DNA of 62,212 nt, counting the filler, from Jimgerdemannia flammicorona (taxonomy: Eukaryota), in NCBI GenBank assembly GCA_003990765.1. It is 3 parts of 3 records of this genome, joined end to end, with 100 filler letters (N's around TTAATTAATTAA, not from the genome) between each part and the next. Parts side by side here need not be neighbours in the genome. Positions count along the whole stretch, not along the records: positions 41,545 to 62,212 come from RBNJ01001620.1; 2 more parts are not named here. One strand, given 5' to 3'. The number at the start of each line of letters is the position of its first letter. The first letter of the stretch is position 1. Positions 61,269-62,212 of the stretch are shown here, one piece after another. The position numbers and the translations under genes were made by a program. The notes under the pieces are model-generated. The model was not told where the DNA came from. It saw only the letters and a list, made by a program, of their open reading frames with translations, and did not search any database.

Positions 61269-62212
61269 CATCTTTCTCCGGTAACATTCAGGTTACACAA
61301 GACTCAGACAATACTTTCTACAATGTTTTTGGTGTCCAGTGACTAACAACATGGACGGCAATGATCGATCTGGTGAGCATACTGGCCAGGGGGGTGGTGG
61401 TGCCTTTGGCTGGCAGCAGGTGGGGAGGAGGGGAGATGGTTTGGGGATGTCAGGGGCCTCGATGGCTAGCCGGGGCCCCAGCGGTGGAGGAAGGGGAGGT
61501 CTGAGGCAGAGAGGAGGGGAGAGGACGACCTTTGCTGACAAGGTCAGGATGGGGGTGATGGCTTCTGGGCTGGATAGTTGGCTGGGCCTGGGGAAGGCGT
61601 CGATGGCTACTACCGGGGGTCAAGGAGGTGCACCCCAGGGTGCTTCTGGTGGTAGGGAAGGGGCCGGAGTAGGGGCTGGAGATGTGACGGTTGATGGGGC
61701 TGTGACTGGAGATCTGGCAAAAAATCCAGATGTGACGGCAGTTGGCAATTCGGGACTTGGAGTTGGCACGAGGCCCGGGGACCTGGCGGATGGGGTGACG
61801 GGCATGGTGTCGGCCCCGTTACTCAAGAAATCAAGGTCTGAATTCACGGTCACAATGTGCTTCCAGGGCTTGGCAGTGACGGCGAGGATGATTTTGGGGC
61901 TGGTGGCGCAGGAGGCTAAGGGAGCAGCATCGGTGAAGTTTTTGAGGGGAAAGGAAGGGGTTGAAGTGGGGTTCGAGGAGGAGGATGCCTTGTTGGCAGC
62001 CATGGAGAAGGGGGTGATGGTTGGCGGGGTGGTGGTCCCTATGGCTCGGTGTATGCACTGGGACCCCCGGGTGGTGCAGTTGACAGTGTTGGACCTCCCT
62101 ACGGTGTCGAAGGAAAGGACCAGGGAGTTGGTTGTAGAGGCGATAAAGGAGTATGGCGAGATTGTGGACATGGGGTTCAAGGTCTGGGAGGGCACGGAGC
62201 TTAGAACTGGAG
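61269..62212 (+). mobile_element. 5' end of a younger LINE copy 6; ORF1 open from 61351 to the window end
   Basis: 5' leader CATCTTTCTCCGGTAACATTCAGGTTACACAA is shared with copy 4. ORF1 MDGNDRSGEH..GAFGWQQVG..VVQLTVLDLP..EYGEIVDMGFKVWEG has no stops and retains CpGs. Confidence 0.9.

Noticed and set aside
2729..62212. Functional link between the MTase-reader gene and the neighbouring TE block as one locus-level system
   Set aside because: They are separated by an assembly gap, proximity is not evidence in a eukaryote, and CpG decay points to 5mC rather than an amino-MTase.

Overview
This is an intron-rich eukaryotic window, most likely from an early-diverging fungus (Mucoromycota-like; inferred from gene families and intron style). 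Two 100-bp scaffold gaps (N-TTAATTAATTAA-N) split it into three contigs. Bases 1-20.7 kb are CpG-rich and genic. They hold a frameshifted REase-fold-like gene, several small gene relics (membrane protein, Pol X fragment, ankyrin), a Zn2Cys6 transcription factor, and a ~10-kb multi-exon minus-strand gene. That gene joins three Tudor/chromo-barrel repeats, two ZZ fingers, an extended PHD, a GATA finger, a bacterial-type amino (N6A/N4C) DNA methyltransferase with an HPPY motif, a KRI motif and a second degenerate MTase-like domain. Bases 20.8-62.2 kb are a CpG-depleted nest of transposons riddled with C-to-T changes. It contains three Ty3/gypsy families that all carry dUTPase (at two different positions), one with a long protein-coding ORF inside its LTR and one a chromovirus in a tandem array sharing an LTR. 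It also contains an intron-containing hAT transposon and six copies of a G-rich L1/Tx1-like LINE, five of them inserted inside LTR elements. All domain calls come from manual translation and motif recognition; no searches were run.
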